This document shows, piece after piece, positions 37,826 to 46,775 of a stretch of DNA of 64,000 nucleotides. The notes under the pieces are model-generated. The model saw only the letters and a program-made list of their open reading frames with translations, did not search any database and was not told the origin of the DNA. Each line of letters begins with the position of its first letter. The stretch's first letter is position 1. Source of the DNA: Clostridiales bacterium (GTDB lineage: Bacteria; Bacillota; Clostridia; Christensenellales; CAG-138); contig WREI01000002.1 of assembly GCA_009779405.1 (NCBI GenBank), positions 3,611 through 67,610 of the forward strand, read 5' to 3'. The position numbers and the translations under genes were made by a program.

Positions 37826-39286
37826 ATGAAGTATCAATTTTGGTTTGTCGCCGGGAGCCAGTTCCTCTACGGCGAGGAGACACTGCGGCAGGTGGAGAAG
37901 AACTGCGCCGAGATCGTCGCCGCGCTGAACGCGGCGGAGGGCATCCCCTGCGAGATTCTGTTTAAGACGATCGTCGTGACGCACGAGAGCGCGGGGCGCG
38001 TCGTGAAGGAGGCGAACTATGACGACAGCTGCGCGGGGATTATCACCTTCTGCCATACTTTCTCGCCGTCCAAGATGTGGATCAACGCGCTGGCGAATTT
38101 GCAGAAGCCCTATCTGCATTTTCATACGCAGTTCAATGCTTCGATCCCGAACGAGGGCATCGATATGGACTATATGAATCTGCACCAGTCTGCGCACGGC
38201 GACCGGGAGCACGGCTTTATCGGCACGCGGCTGCGCTTGGCGCGCAAGATTGTGGTGGGCGATTGGCGCAGTGCCGAGGTACAGGCACGCATTGGCAAGT
38301 GGCAGCGCGCGGCGATCGGCGCGGCGTTTTCGCGCTCGCTGAAAGTCGTGCGCTTTGGCGACAATATGCGGGAGGTGGCCGTCACCGAGGGCGACAAGGT
38401 GGAGGCCCAGCTGCAATTTGGCTGGCAGGTCAATACCTTCCCCGTGGGCGAACTTGCGGCGCTGATGGAAGCGGTGACGGACGCCGAGATGGCCGGGATG
38501 CTGGCAGTTTACGGGCAGCGATATGATTTGGAGACGGATGACGCCGAATCGGTATGCTATCAGGCGCGGGAGGAGATTGCGATCCGCAAGATACTCGCGC
38601 GGGAGTGGGCTTGGGCTTTCAGCAACACTTTTGAGGATTTATACGGGATGCGCCAATTGCCCGGGCTCGCCACGCAGAATATCATGGCGGACGGGTTCGG
38701 CTACGGCGGCGAGGGGGACTGGAAGGTGGCCGCGCTGACCGCGATTGTGAAGGCGATGACTTTCGATATGGGCGGCGGCACTTCGTTTATGGAGGACTAT
38801 ACCTATGATTTGGCGGCGGGGCTGAGCCTGGGCGCGCATATGCTGGAGGTTTGCCCGAGTTTGGCGGTCGATCGGCCCCGCATTGAGGTGCATCCCTTGG
38901 GCATAGGCGGCAAGGATGCCCCGGCGCGGCTGGTGTTTGACGGGAAAGCCGGGTCGGCGACGGTCGCGAGTTTGGTCGATATGGGCGGGCGCATGCGCCT
39001 GATCGTGAACGACGTCGTGTGCGTGGAGCCGGTTGCGCCCTATCCCAACCTGCCCGTGGCACGCGTGATGTGGCGCAGCGAGCCGAGCTTGGAGCTTGGC
39101 GCCGAATGCTGGCTGCTGGCGGGCGGGGCGCACCATACCGTGCTCTCCTATGACGCCGACGCGGAACTGCTGCGGGACTGGGCGCGCATTATGGGCATCG
39201 AATTTGTGCATATCCACAAAGGCACGGAGCCCGCGCAGTTTGAGTTCGCGCTTTGGCAGGCGGACAGGTTGTGGAGCCATGTATAG
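37826..39286 (+). CDS. araA: L-arabinose isomerase
   Basis: ATG at 37826 after GAAGGAG; MKYQFWFVAGSQFLYGEETL.. is the classic AraA N-terminus; ~486 aa. Confidence 0.92.
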   Translation: MKYQFWFVAGSQFLYGEETLRQVEKNCAEIVAALNAAEGIPCEILFKTIVVTHESAGRVVKEANYDDSCAGIITFCHTFSPSKMWINALANLQKPYLHFHTQFNASIPNEGIDMDYMNLHQSAHGDREHGFIGTRLRLARKIVVGDWRSAEVQARIGKWQRAAIGAAFSRSLKVVRFGDNMREVAVTEGDKVEAQLQFGWQVNTFPVGELAALMEAVTDAEMAGMLAVYGQRYDLETDDAESVCYQAREEIAIRKILAREWAWAFSNTFEDLYGMRQLPGLATQNIMADGFGYGGEGDWKVAALTAIVKAMTFDMGGGTSFMEDYTYDLAAGLSLGAHMLEVCPSLAVDRPRIEVHPLGIGGKDAPARLVFDGKAGSATVASLVDMGGRMRLIVNDVVCVEPVAPYPNLPVARVMWRSEPSLELGAECWLLAGGAHHTVLSYDADAELLRDWARIMGIEFVHIHKGTEPAQFEFALWQADRLWSHV

Positions 39287-39956
39287 CGCGTTGAAAGAGC
39301 GGGTTTGCGCGGCGAATCTGCTGCTGCCCGAATATAAACTGATTACCTTCACCTGGGGCAATGTCAGTGAGATTGACCGGGCGCGGGGCGTGGTCGCGAT
39401 TAAACCGAGCGGGGTTTCGTATGACGCGCTTTGTCCCGAGGATATTGTTATTCTGGACTTGGACGGAAATGTTTTGGATGGGAAGTTAAGGCCCAGCAGC
39501 GACGCGGCTACGCATTTGGAGCTGTATAAGACTTTCCCGAACATAGGCGGCGTGGTGCATACGCACAGCCGCTGGGCGACGATTTTTGCGCAGTGCAAGC
39601 GGGGCATACCCGCGCTGGGGACCACGCATGCGGATTATTTCTATGGCGAGGTGCCGATCACGCGGGATATGCGGGTGGAGGAGATTGCCGAGGAGTATGA
39701 GCGGAATACGGGCAGGGTGATTGCCGAGACTTGCGCGCGACCCGACGAGGTGCCTGCCGTGCTGGTGGCCGGCCACGGGCCGTTCACCTGGGGCAAGGAC
39801 GCGCCGGAGGCCGTGCACAACGCGGTTGTGCTGGAAGAGGTCGCGTTTATGGCTTGGCATTGCGGGGAGACGGATTCTATAGGGCAGGGGCTTTTGGACA
39901 AGCATTATCTGCGCAAGCATGGGACGGACGCGTATTATGGGCAAGCCGGAAATTGA
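39279..39956 (+). CDS. araD: L-ribulose-5-phosphate 4-epimerase
   Basis: ATG at 39279 overlaps the araA end; ITFTWGNVSEIDR, IKPSGV and VVHTHS motifs. Confidence 0.92.
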   Translation: MYSALKERVCAANLLLPEYKLITFTWGNVSEIDRARGVVAIKPSGVSYDALCPEDIVILDLDGNVLDGKLRPSSDAATHLELYKTFPNIGGVVHTHSRWATIFAQCKRGIPALGTTHADYFYGEVPITRDMRVEEIAEEYERNTGRVIAETCARPDEVPAVLVAGHGPFTWGKDAPEAVHNAVVLEEVAFMAWHCGETDSIGQGLLDKHYLRKHGTDAYYGQAGN

Positions 39957-40926
39957 CGCGTTTGGCGCGGGGCGGCTGTTTACGCTGACGAATCGGAATG
40001 ATATGCGGCTGGTGCTGACCGATATTGGGGCGGCCATTGTCGGTATCGTTGTGCGCGGGATTGACGTTGCCTTAGGCTATGATAGTGCCGAGGGCTATTT
40101 GCATAGCCCGGACGCGCACGGGGCGATTGTGGGGCGCATTGCCAACCGCATCGGCGGGGCGCGGATTACGATTGACGGCGTCTTCTATCAACTGGACAAG
40201 AATGACGGGGCGAATTCGCTGCACGGAGGCAACAGCAAGTATTTTCATCGGATTTGGGGCGCGGAAGTGTTGGATGATTCCAGCGTGAAGTTTACGCTGC
40301 ATAGCCCGGACGGGGATCAGGGACTGTCGGGGAACGCCGAGATTGCGGTGACCTATACGCTGACGGATGCCAATGAGATTGTGATTGATTATCGGGCGCT
40401 GGCCGACCGGGCGACGGCGTTGAATTTGACGAATCATGTATATTTCAATCTGAACGGGCATAATGCGGGGGCGGTTGGGGGCCATTTTCTGCGCCTGGCC
40501 TGTTCCCGGTTTTCGGAGATTGACGGGGGTCTGATTCCCACGGGTGCGTGGCTGCCCGTGGCGGGGACGCCTATGGATTTTACGCGCGGCAAGAGCTTGG
40601 GCGCGGATGCGGATGATGATTTTGAACAGCTGCGCCTTGTAGGCGGCTATGACCATAATTATTTGATGGATACGCCGTCCTTGGATACGCCGTTTGCGGT
40701 GGTTGTCGGGGATATGAGCGGGATTCGATTGGAGGTTTATACCGATTTGCCGGGGGTGCAGTTGTATGGCGGCAATTTTTTGCGCGGATCGCACGGCGGG
40801 AAGGGCGGCGCGCGCTATGGATATCGCGAGGGGTTTTGTTTGGAAACGCAGTTTTTCCCAAACGCGCCGCGGATTTTGCGCGCGGGGGAGCTTTTTGACA
40901 GTCGGACGGTGTATCGGGTTTTGTAG
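39937..40926 (+). CDS. Aldose 1-epimerase (mutarotase)
   Basis: VGRIANRI, NSLHGG and TNHVYFNL motifs. The start could be 39919 or 39937. Confidence 0.88.
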   Translation: MGKPEIDAFGAGRLFTLTNRNDMRLVLTDIGAAIVGIVVRGIDVALGYDSAEGYLHSPDAHGAIVGRIANRIGGARITIDGVFYQLDKNDGANSLHGGNSKYFHRIWGAEVLDDSSVKFTLHSPDGDQGLSGNAEIAVTYTLTDANEIVIDYRALADRATALNLTNHVYFNLNGHNAGAVGGHFLRLACSRFSEIDGGLIPTGAWLPVAGTPMDFTRGKSLGADADDDFEQLRLVGGYDHNYLMDTPSLDTPFAVVVGDMSGIRLEVYTDLPGVQLYGGNFLRGSHGGKGGARYGYREGFCLETQFFPNAPRILRAGELFDSRTVYRVL

Positions 40927-40930
40927 CGAT

Positions 40931-41416
40931 TTACGGATGCTCCCTTGTTTCGGCGTATTCATCCAGAATCCAGTTGGCGTAGCAGGTCGCTTGACGTTCC
41001 TCTCCTATTTCTGTCAGCTGAATGCCATTGATCCATTGGAAGTAATGGGTTAATTCATGCGCCAGTGAAAACAGATACGATGCCACGGCATTATCTTTTC
41101 CGCGTTTCTTTAGCTCCTTTTCGTAATCCCCCGTTGCAATTCGTATATACGGTTCATCTGTAAGGCTATACGGTTAAAAAAAAGTCCCAAATACCCTGTC
41201 GCCATCCATTGCTTTTATCCGTTCCTGTGCCTTAATGTAGACGGGAACTCTGACAGGGAAAAAGTATTCGCTTCTGAGCCATTTACAAAACTCTTGAATT
41301 GCCCGCTTTACCTCGGGATTGACATCTTTATCAAAGCGCAGGCGCAGACCCTTCCTGTATGGAACCGTATCATAGTGCAAATGCTTGATCCATTTTTCTA
41401 TAGTCCAAAGATGCAT
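40931..41416 (-). pseudogene. HExxH (zinc-metallopeptidase-like) gene interrupted by an in-frame TAA
   Basis: Minus strand: ATG at 41416, then 80 codons, then TAA (41176-41174) at the end of a T8 run. The same frame continues for 80 more codons (PYSLTDEPYIRIA...SLAHELTHYFQW...ETREHP*) to the stop at 40933-40931. Confidence 0.75.
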
Positions 41417-41418
41417 AC

Positions 41419-42909
41419 TTACCCCGGAATCGGCATGGCAAAGCGTATCATATTCCACGACGCTTTCGGGAGGGTGAAGGATATGGTTTCGCCGAGGGTT
41501 ACAGGGGCGTTGTGGGTGCGGGGTTGCACGGGGGCGCTGTTGGCTGTGTTGGTGGCGTAGAGGGGGTGGCCGTTTAGGGTGATCCATTCTATGAGGGTTT
41601 TGCACGGGAGGCCGCTTAATTCGCAGGGGAGGGTCTCGTCGAGGTTTTTGTTTACCATGAACAGGGTGAGTTCGTCGTTTGAGAGCACGGCGGCGCAGTC
41701 TATATATGGTATTTCGGCGCCTGTTTTGCAGTTGTAGGTGGGTGCGTTTAGTTCAGCTTTCAGCGCCCTCCCCCGCCCCCTTTGCGAGGTGTAGAGGAAG
41801 GGATAGTAGGTGGTTTGCGCCCAGGCTTTACCGTTTGGCTCTGTCATAATGGGGGCCAGGGTGTTGACGAGCTGGGCGAGACAGGCGATTTTTACGAAGT
41901 CGGCGTTGTTGATGAGCGTGATTAACATGCTGCCGACGAGCAGGGCGTCGGCGAAGTCGTAGGCTTCCTCCTCTATCGGGCGGGCGACCGTCCATTTCGG
42001 CGGTTGCTTGCCGTCCTTTTGGAAGTGATACCATACATTCCATTCGTCGAACGAGAGGTAGATGTCCTTTTCTGAACCCTTTTCCGCTTTAATCTCTTCG
42101 CAGATGGCGCGGACTTCCTTTATGAAGCTGTCCATGCGGACATTGCTTGCGAGGAAGGAGGGGATGTCGCCTGTGAGGTTTTGATAGTAGGTATGCAGGG
42201 AGAGGTAGTCCACGTCGTCATAGGTATGGCGGAGGACCGTGCGTTCCCAGTCGCCGAAAGTGGGCATCTCGCGGAAGGAACTGCCGCAGACGACCAGCTC
42301 TATTTCGGGGTCCAAGAGTCGCATCATTTTGGCCGTTTCGTGCGCGAGACGCCCGTATTCCTCTGCGGTTTTGGCGCAGATTTGCCAGGGGCCGTCCATT
42401 TCGTTGCCCAAGCACCAGAGCTTGATATTGTGGGGCTGCGGATAGCCGTGCGCGATACGCAGGTCGCTGAGATAGGTGCCGCTCGGGAAGTTGCAGTATT
42501 CCAATAGATCCGCCGCTTCCTGCGCGCCGCGGGTGCCGAGGTTCACGGCGAACATGGGGCGCGCGCCGACCTGCGACAGGAAATCCATAAATTCATTGGT
42601 GCCGACTTGGTTGGGTTCTATGGCCTGCCAAGCCAGATCCGGGCGGACGGGGCGCGAAGACCCGACGCCATCCTCCCAGCGATAGCCCGAGACGAAGTTG
42701 CCGCCGGGATAGCGTATGACGGGGATTTTCAGGGGGCGGATCAGGTCTGTCACGTCTTGGCGGAAGCCGTTGGCATCAGCTGTCGGGTGCGTCGGTTCGT
42801 AGATGCCCGTATAGACGGCGCGGCCCATGTGCTCGATGAAGGAGCCATAGATGCGCTCGTCGATGGCGGCGATGGCGCTGTTTGCGTTTAAGGTGATTTT
42901 GGCTGTCAT
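41419..42909 (-). CDS. abfA: Alpha-L-arabinofuranosidase, GH51
   Basis: IDERIYGSFIEHMGRAVYTGIYEP, IRYPGGNFVSGYRWEDGVG and WCLGNEMDGPWQ motifs. Confidence 0.92.
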   Translation of the reverse strand: MTAKITLNANSAIAAIDERIYGSFIEHMGRAVYTGIYEPTHPTADANGFRQDVTDLIRPLKIPVIRYPGGNFVSGYRWEDGVGSSRPVRPDLAWQAIEPNQVGTNEFMDFLSQVGARPMFAVNLGTRGAQEAADLLEYCNFPSGTYLSDLRIAHGYPQPHNIKLWCLGNEMDGPWQICAKTAEEYGRLAHETAKMMRLLDPEIELVVCGSSFREMPTFGDWERTVLRHTYDDVDYLSLHTYYQNLTGDIPSFLASNVRMDSFIKEVRAICEEIKAEKGSEKDIYLSFDEWNVWYHFQKDGKQPPKWTVARPIEEEAYDFADALLVGSMLITLINNADFVKIACLAQLVNTLAPIMTEPNGKAWAQTTYYPFLYTSQRGRGRALKAELNAPTYNCKTGAEIPYIDCAAVLSNDELTLFMVNKNLDETLPCELSGLPCKTLIEWITLNGHPLYATNTANSAPVQPRTHNAPVTLGETISFTLPKASWNMIRFAMPIPG

Positions 42910-43943
42910 AACGCTCCCTTGCAGGCGGACGATGCCCGCTCAATGATATGGCAGTTCACCATGATTTTTTGCGCGGGCGGGGTTTGGCCGGACAGTATGT
43001 CCAACATAAGCTGCGCGGCCTTCTTGCCGATTTCGTAGAGGGGCAGTGCGACGGTGGACAATTTCGGGCGGCTGGTTTCGCTGACCCGTCGGTTGTCGAA
43101 GCCGATCAGGGCCAGATCCTGTCCGACGGCGATGCCGTTCTCGCTGCAATAATCCAATATGCCCGTCGCGATGATATCGTTGTGCGCGAAGATGGCCGTC
43201 ACCTTGTTTGCCAGGAATCCGGCGCTGCAGTTGTATCCGGTCTCCCAAACCCAGTCGCCGCTCGTGACGATATCGGGGTTGAAGGCGATGCCATTGTCCC
43301 GCAGTGCGCTCAAATACCCTTGGCGGCGGTGGGCCGAGGCCTCGCTGTCCTTGTGGCCGCAGATCATGCCGATGTTCCGATGCCCCTGCGCAATCAGGCG
43401 GCTTACGGCGTCATAGGCGGCCCGCGTATCGTCATAGACGACGGACGCGATGCCCGGGAGATTGCTGTAGCAATAGGCGCAGACGAAGGGGATGCGGCTG
43501 TTTTGCGAGAAATAGGGGATCGCGTTCGTGTTGCAGCCGACATAGATGATGCCCTCCACCTGGCGGGACAGCATCGCGCTGATCATATCGTCGACCAGCT
43601 TGTGATAGGCGATGTTATAGGAAAAATCGTGGCCGAAGCGCTTGTTGATGCGCAGATTGCCCAGGATATAGTGATAGTTGTTCCGCTCGCAGATCTCGTC
43701 TATGCTGTCGACGATTTCGGGCGTGTTGAAGACGGTCAGATCCTCGGTGATAACGCCGAGGGTGCGCGACTCGCCGCTGACGAGGTTCTTCGCGTAGATA
43801 TTGGGCGTATAGTTGAGCTCGCTGGCCAGCGCGAGTATATTGTCCACCGTCTTTTGACTGGCACCGCCCTTGCCGTTCAGAGCCTTGGAGACGGTTGCGG
43901 TGGACACATTGGCCCGTCTCGCGATTTCTTTGATGGTTGCCAC
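42906..43943 (-). CDS. LacI-family transcriptional regulator
   Basis: N-terminal HTH ATIKEIARRANVSTATVSKALNG plus a periplasmic-binding-fold body. GTG start. 4-nt overlap with abfA. Confidence 0.9.
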   Translation of the reverse strand: MATIKEIARRANVSTATVSKALNGKGGASQKTVDNILALASELNYTPNIYAKNLVSGESRTLGVITEDLTVFNTPEIVDSIDEICERNNYHYILGNLRINKRFGHDFSYNIAYHKLVDDMISAMLSRQVEGIIYVGCNTNAIPYFSQNSRIPFVCAYCYSNLPGIASVVYDDTRAAYDAVSRLIAQGHRNIGMICGHKDSEASAHRRQGYLSALRDNGIAFNPDIVTSGDWVWETGYNCSAGFLANKVTAIFAHNDIIATGILDYCSENGIAVGQDLALIGFDNRRVSETSRPKLSTVALPLYEIGKKAAQLMLDILSGQTPPAQKIMVNCHIIERASSACKGAL

Positions 43944-43974
43944 GGGTTGGCCCCTTTCTTAGCAGTTAAGAGTT

Positions 43975-44083
43975 AATAGTGAATAGTGAAGAGTTATGGT
44001 AAGAATTGCAAGCGATTCTAATTTTAATTGGAAATTCCGAAGGAATTTCTACCGCAACTCTTAACTCTTCACTATTCACTATT
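43975..44083. repeat. AT-rich 109-bp palindromic element: perfect 21-bp inverted arms with a nested 8-bp hairpin
   Basis: AATAGTGAATAGTGAAGAGTT (43975-43995) versus AACTCTTCACTATTCACTATT (44063-44083). Inner hairpin GAAATTCC-GAA-GGAATTTC (44031-44049). Confidence 0.8.
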
Positions 44084-44185
44084 CATTCTTCCCCTTAAAG
44101 CACTCCCGATTTTCTCGATTATACCACAAAACGCGGAAAAGTAAAGTTCTTATAAAAAAAACATAAAATACCTGCAAAATGAATC

Positions 44186-44214
44186 TTGACACGCGCAAAA
44201 TAAAGTGATATTGT
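44186..44214 (+). promoter_or_regulatory. Candidate promoter for the ABC transporter operon
   Basis: TTGACA (44186-44191), 17-nt spacer, TATTGT (44209-44214). Confidence 0.45.
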
Positions 44215-44241
44215 ATGTATGCTGAGTGGTACATAAAGGAT

Positions 44242-44255
44242 GTTAAACGTTTAAC
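44242..44255. promoter_or_regulatory. LacI-type operator (perfect 14-bp palindrome)
   Basis: GTTAAACGTTTAAC is its own reverse complement and has a central CG, like LacI/CcpA-family sites. Confidence 0.6.
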
Positions 44256-44330
44256 CAATCGCTTTACGCGGCACCCGGCGTTATGCATCTATGGTACAAG
44301 CAAGGTCCGGGATGTATAATTTTTAACCAA

Positions 44331-44344
44331 GTTAAACGTTTAGC
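44331..44344. promoter_or_regulatory. Second LacI-type operator (near-palindrome)
   Basis: GTTAAACGTTTAGC, 10 nt downstream of a TATAAT box (44315-44320). Confidence 0.5.
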
Positions 44345-44404
44345 TTGACGGAGGTTTCAATACAACGGGGGTTGTATAAAAATAAAAAAGGAAGGGTACT
44401 TATC

Positions 44405-45730
44405 ATGAAACTCAGAAAAATCATTGCGATCCTGTTCGCGGCCATTATGGTCTTTGGCCTTGCCGCCTGCACAGCAGGATCCAAGGGACCGGTCGAAATC
44501 ACCTTCTCGTTCTGGGGCTCCGAGGAAGAGAGGGCATCCACCGAAGCCGTGCTCGAACAGTACAACGCCTTGCAGGACAAGGTTGTTGTGAAACCCATGT
44601 ATATCGGGCGCGATCAGTATGTTGAAAAGCTCAACACCATGGCCACGGGCGGCGGCATGCCGGACTGCGGCATGATCGCGGAAGACTCCGCCATCGGTAT
44701 GGCGAGGAACGGCCTGATGAGCAATATCGATCTCTATGAGGGCCAGGAGAGCAAGCCGTTGGATTGCATCATATTCAAAGATGCGGGCAATCCTGTCGCG
44801 TACTCCACCGCGAACGAAATTCTCGCGCTGTGGTACAACAAGGAGCTGTTTGACAAGGCCGGCGTCGCGTATCCTCCCGCAACGCTGGACAAAGCATGGA
44901 GCTGGGATGAGTTCATCGAGGTTTCCAAACAGCTGACTTTTGACGCCAACGGCTTGCATCCCGGCGAAGAGGGCTTTGACAAGAACAATATCGTCCAGTA
45001 TGGCTGCTATGTGAACCAGTATACCTGGCAGCTCGAAGTTTGGGCGCTGTCCAACGGCGGCAGGTGGTTCTCCGAGGACGGCACATCGATCGTATTTGAC
45101 AATGCCGCCGTCGAAGCCATGCAGAAGGTCTTTGACCTCCACCTCGTGCACAACGTCGCGCCCTTCATCAACGGCACCGTGGACGCGGGCTTCTCCCTCT
45201 CGCTCGGCACGGGCAATGTCGCCATGTGCACGGAAGGCCAGTGGGCCACGGGCTTTGGCGGAGACATTGACTACGGCGTAGGCGTGCTGCCCTACATGAA
45301 GGAGAAGGCAAATATCTGCACGGGCGGCGCGATCGGCATGTTCGCCCAGACCAAGCATCCGACGGAGACCGCGGAGTTCCTGCGCTGGTATGGCAGTGAA
45401 GACTTCAACTTCGGCGCCATCGAAGCCGGCTGGTGGATGCCCACCAAGCTGAACTGGTATACGGATCCCGCTCTCCTGAATAAGTGGATCTTTGAAAACG
45501 AGCGCCGCACAACCATCGGTGCCGACAACTATAAGACCGCGTTCGTCGATGTCTGCCTGGCAGACGGCGTTGTACGGTCCACCGGTTGGTACTACACGCC
45601 GAACACCACCGAAGTCCTGTATCAGACCCTGCAGCCCGCACTGGTCGAGGCCATCAATGGCAGTAAGACAGCGGCACAGGTCATCGGTGAAATCCGGGCC
45701 GCCTTGGAAGCCGCGCTCGCGGGCGGTTAA
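44405..45730 (+). CDS. Sugar ABC transporter substrate-binding lipoprotein
   Basis: ATG at 44405; signal/lipobox MKLRKIIAILFAAIMVFGLAAC; size and context of the family-1 solute-binding proteins. Confidence 0.88.
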   Translation: MKLRKIIAILFAAIMVFGLAACTAGSKGPVEITFSFWGSEEERASTEAVLEQYNALQDKVVVKPMYIGRDQYVEKLNTMATGGGMPDCGMIAEDSAIGMARNGLMSNIDLYEGQESKPLDCIIFKDAGNPVAYSTANEILALWYNKELFDKAGVAYPPATLDKAWSWDEFIEVSKQLTFDANGLHPGEEGFDKNNIVQYGCYVNQYTWQLEVWALSNGGRWFSEDGTSIVFDNAAVEAMQKVFDLHLVHNVAPFINGTVDAGFSLSLGTGNVAMCTEGQWATGFGGDIDYGVGVLPYMKEKANICTGGAIGMFAQTKHPTETAEFLRWYGSEDFNFGAIEAGWWMPTKLNWYTDPALLNKWIFENERRTTIGADNYKTAFVDVCLADGVVRSTGWYYTPNTTEVLYQTLQPALVEAINGSKTAAQVIGEIRAALEAALAGG

Positions 45731-45824
45731 AACGCGCGGTTTGCGGGTGCACGCCTGTGTTTCCGTGTAAAATAAGAGAGGGGCGTCCAAGTATTGGCGC
45801 CCCTTTCATTGAAGGAGGGCATAG

Positions 45825-46775
45825 ATGGAGTCGAATAAGAAATTGCGGCTACACGCGGTCGCAAGGCGGGAACAGCGCGCGGCGTATCTGTTCCTGATCC
45901 CCGCCCTGCTCGGCCTGTCGCTCATCACCTACCTGCCCTTATTGGCCGCGTTCGGCATAGGCTTTACAGACTTGCGCGTCGCGCATTTCATGCCGAACAA
46001 CCCGCCGCCGCTGCAGTTTGTCGGGTTCAAAAATTTTATCGATATATTTACAAACCCGAGCATCAACATACTCAACTCGATTAAAGTGACCATCTATTTC
46101 GCGCTGCTTGCCGTGGTGGGAAGCATCGTGTACTCGATGTTTATCGCAGTACTCCTGAACCGTAAAGTGCCGGGACGCGCGTTCTTCCGCGCCATCTTCT
46201 ATGTGCCGCATATCCTGCCCGCCGCCTCGGTGATGATCAGCTGGTACTTCCTCTTGCTGGATAACGGCGTCATCAACTACATCATCTCTCAGTTCGGCTT
46301 TGAAAGGGTAAAGTTTCTGGACAATATCTATACGGTTATGCCGACCCTGGCTCTCATCTCCGTTTGGACCTGCGGGAACCTGATTGTCATCTTTTTGGCG
46401 GGACTGCAAAACGTGCCGCGGGTCTACCATGAGGCAGCCGAGATAGACGGCGCGAACAGCTGGCAGCGCTTTTGGCGCATCACCATACCCTGCATGACCC
46501 CCATCATCTTCTATAATCTGCTGATGAGCCTTGTCATCAATTTGCAGGTGGTCGTCCCCGCGCTGGCCATCACAAAGGGCGGGCCGGGCGGGCCGGGACA
46601 GGGCGCCACAAGGTTTATGTCCTATTCCATGTACCAGATCGCCTTTATCAACGGAGAATTCGGGCGGGCCGGGGCTGTCGCGTTTGTCTTCTTTGTCGTC
46701 GCCGCAGTTTTCGCATTCATACTGTTCGCCACGAGTAAGCGATGGATATTTTATCAGGGGGACGAGAAGAAGTGA
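45825..46775 (+). CDS. Sugar ABC transporter permease (MalF-like)
   Basis: Multi-TM; EAA-loop region EAAEIDGANSWQRFWRITIP. Confidence 0.9.
   Translation: MESNKKLRLHAVARREQRAAYLFLIPALLGLSLITYLPLLAAFGIGFTDLRVAHFMPNNPPPLQFVGFKNFIDIFTNPSINILNSIKVTIYFALLAVVGSIVYSMFIAVLLNRKVPGRAFFRAIFYVPHILPAASVMISWYFLLLDNGVINYIISQFGFERVKFLDNIYTVMPTLALISVWTCGNLIVIFLAGLQNVPRVYHEAAEIDGANSWQRFWRITIPCMTPIIFYNLLMSLVINLQVVVPALAITKGGPGGPGQGATRFMSYSMYQIAFINGEFGRAGAVAFVFFVVAAVFAFILFATSKRWIFYQGDEKK

Noticed and set aside
41174-41183. Programmed frameshift or transcriptional slippage at the T8/A8 run as an explanation for the split HExxH gene
   Set aside because: The downstream half is in the same frame as the upstream half. 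Adding or removing one T gives only short out-of-frame tails. A nonsense codon fits better than slippage.
41417-41605. N-terminal 63 codons of track ORF 41174..41605(-)
   Set aside because: This part overlaps the 3' end of abfA in another frame and is Pro/Arg/His-rich. The plausible start is the ATG at 41416, 2 nt after the abfA stop.
43975-44083. Invertible promoter (inverton) flanked by the 21-bp inverted repeats
   Set aside because: The enclosed segment is only 67 bp with no convincing -35/-10 pair, and no recombinase gene is nearby.
44357-45790. 477-aa minus-strand ORF, plus similar long antisense ORFs at 14629..15618(-), 21329..22126(-), 38639..39625(-), 40072..40962(-), 42948..43976(+), 50485..51708(-), 57306..58415(+) and 60510..61319(+)
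   Set aside because: Each lies opposite a gene with clear family motifs (solute-binding protein, capsid, TMP, araA/araD, mutarotase, LacI, GH65, AspRS, M29). Their translations are Arg/Pro/Gly/Ala-rich low-complexity, as expected for stop-poor antisense frames in GC-rich DNA.
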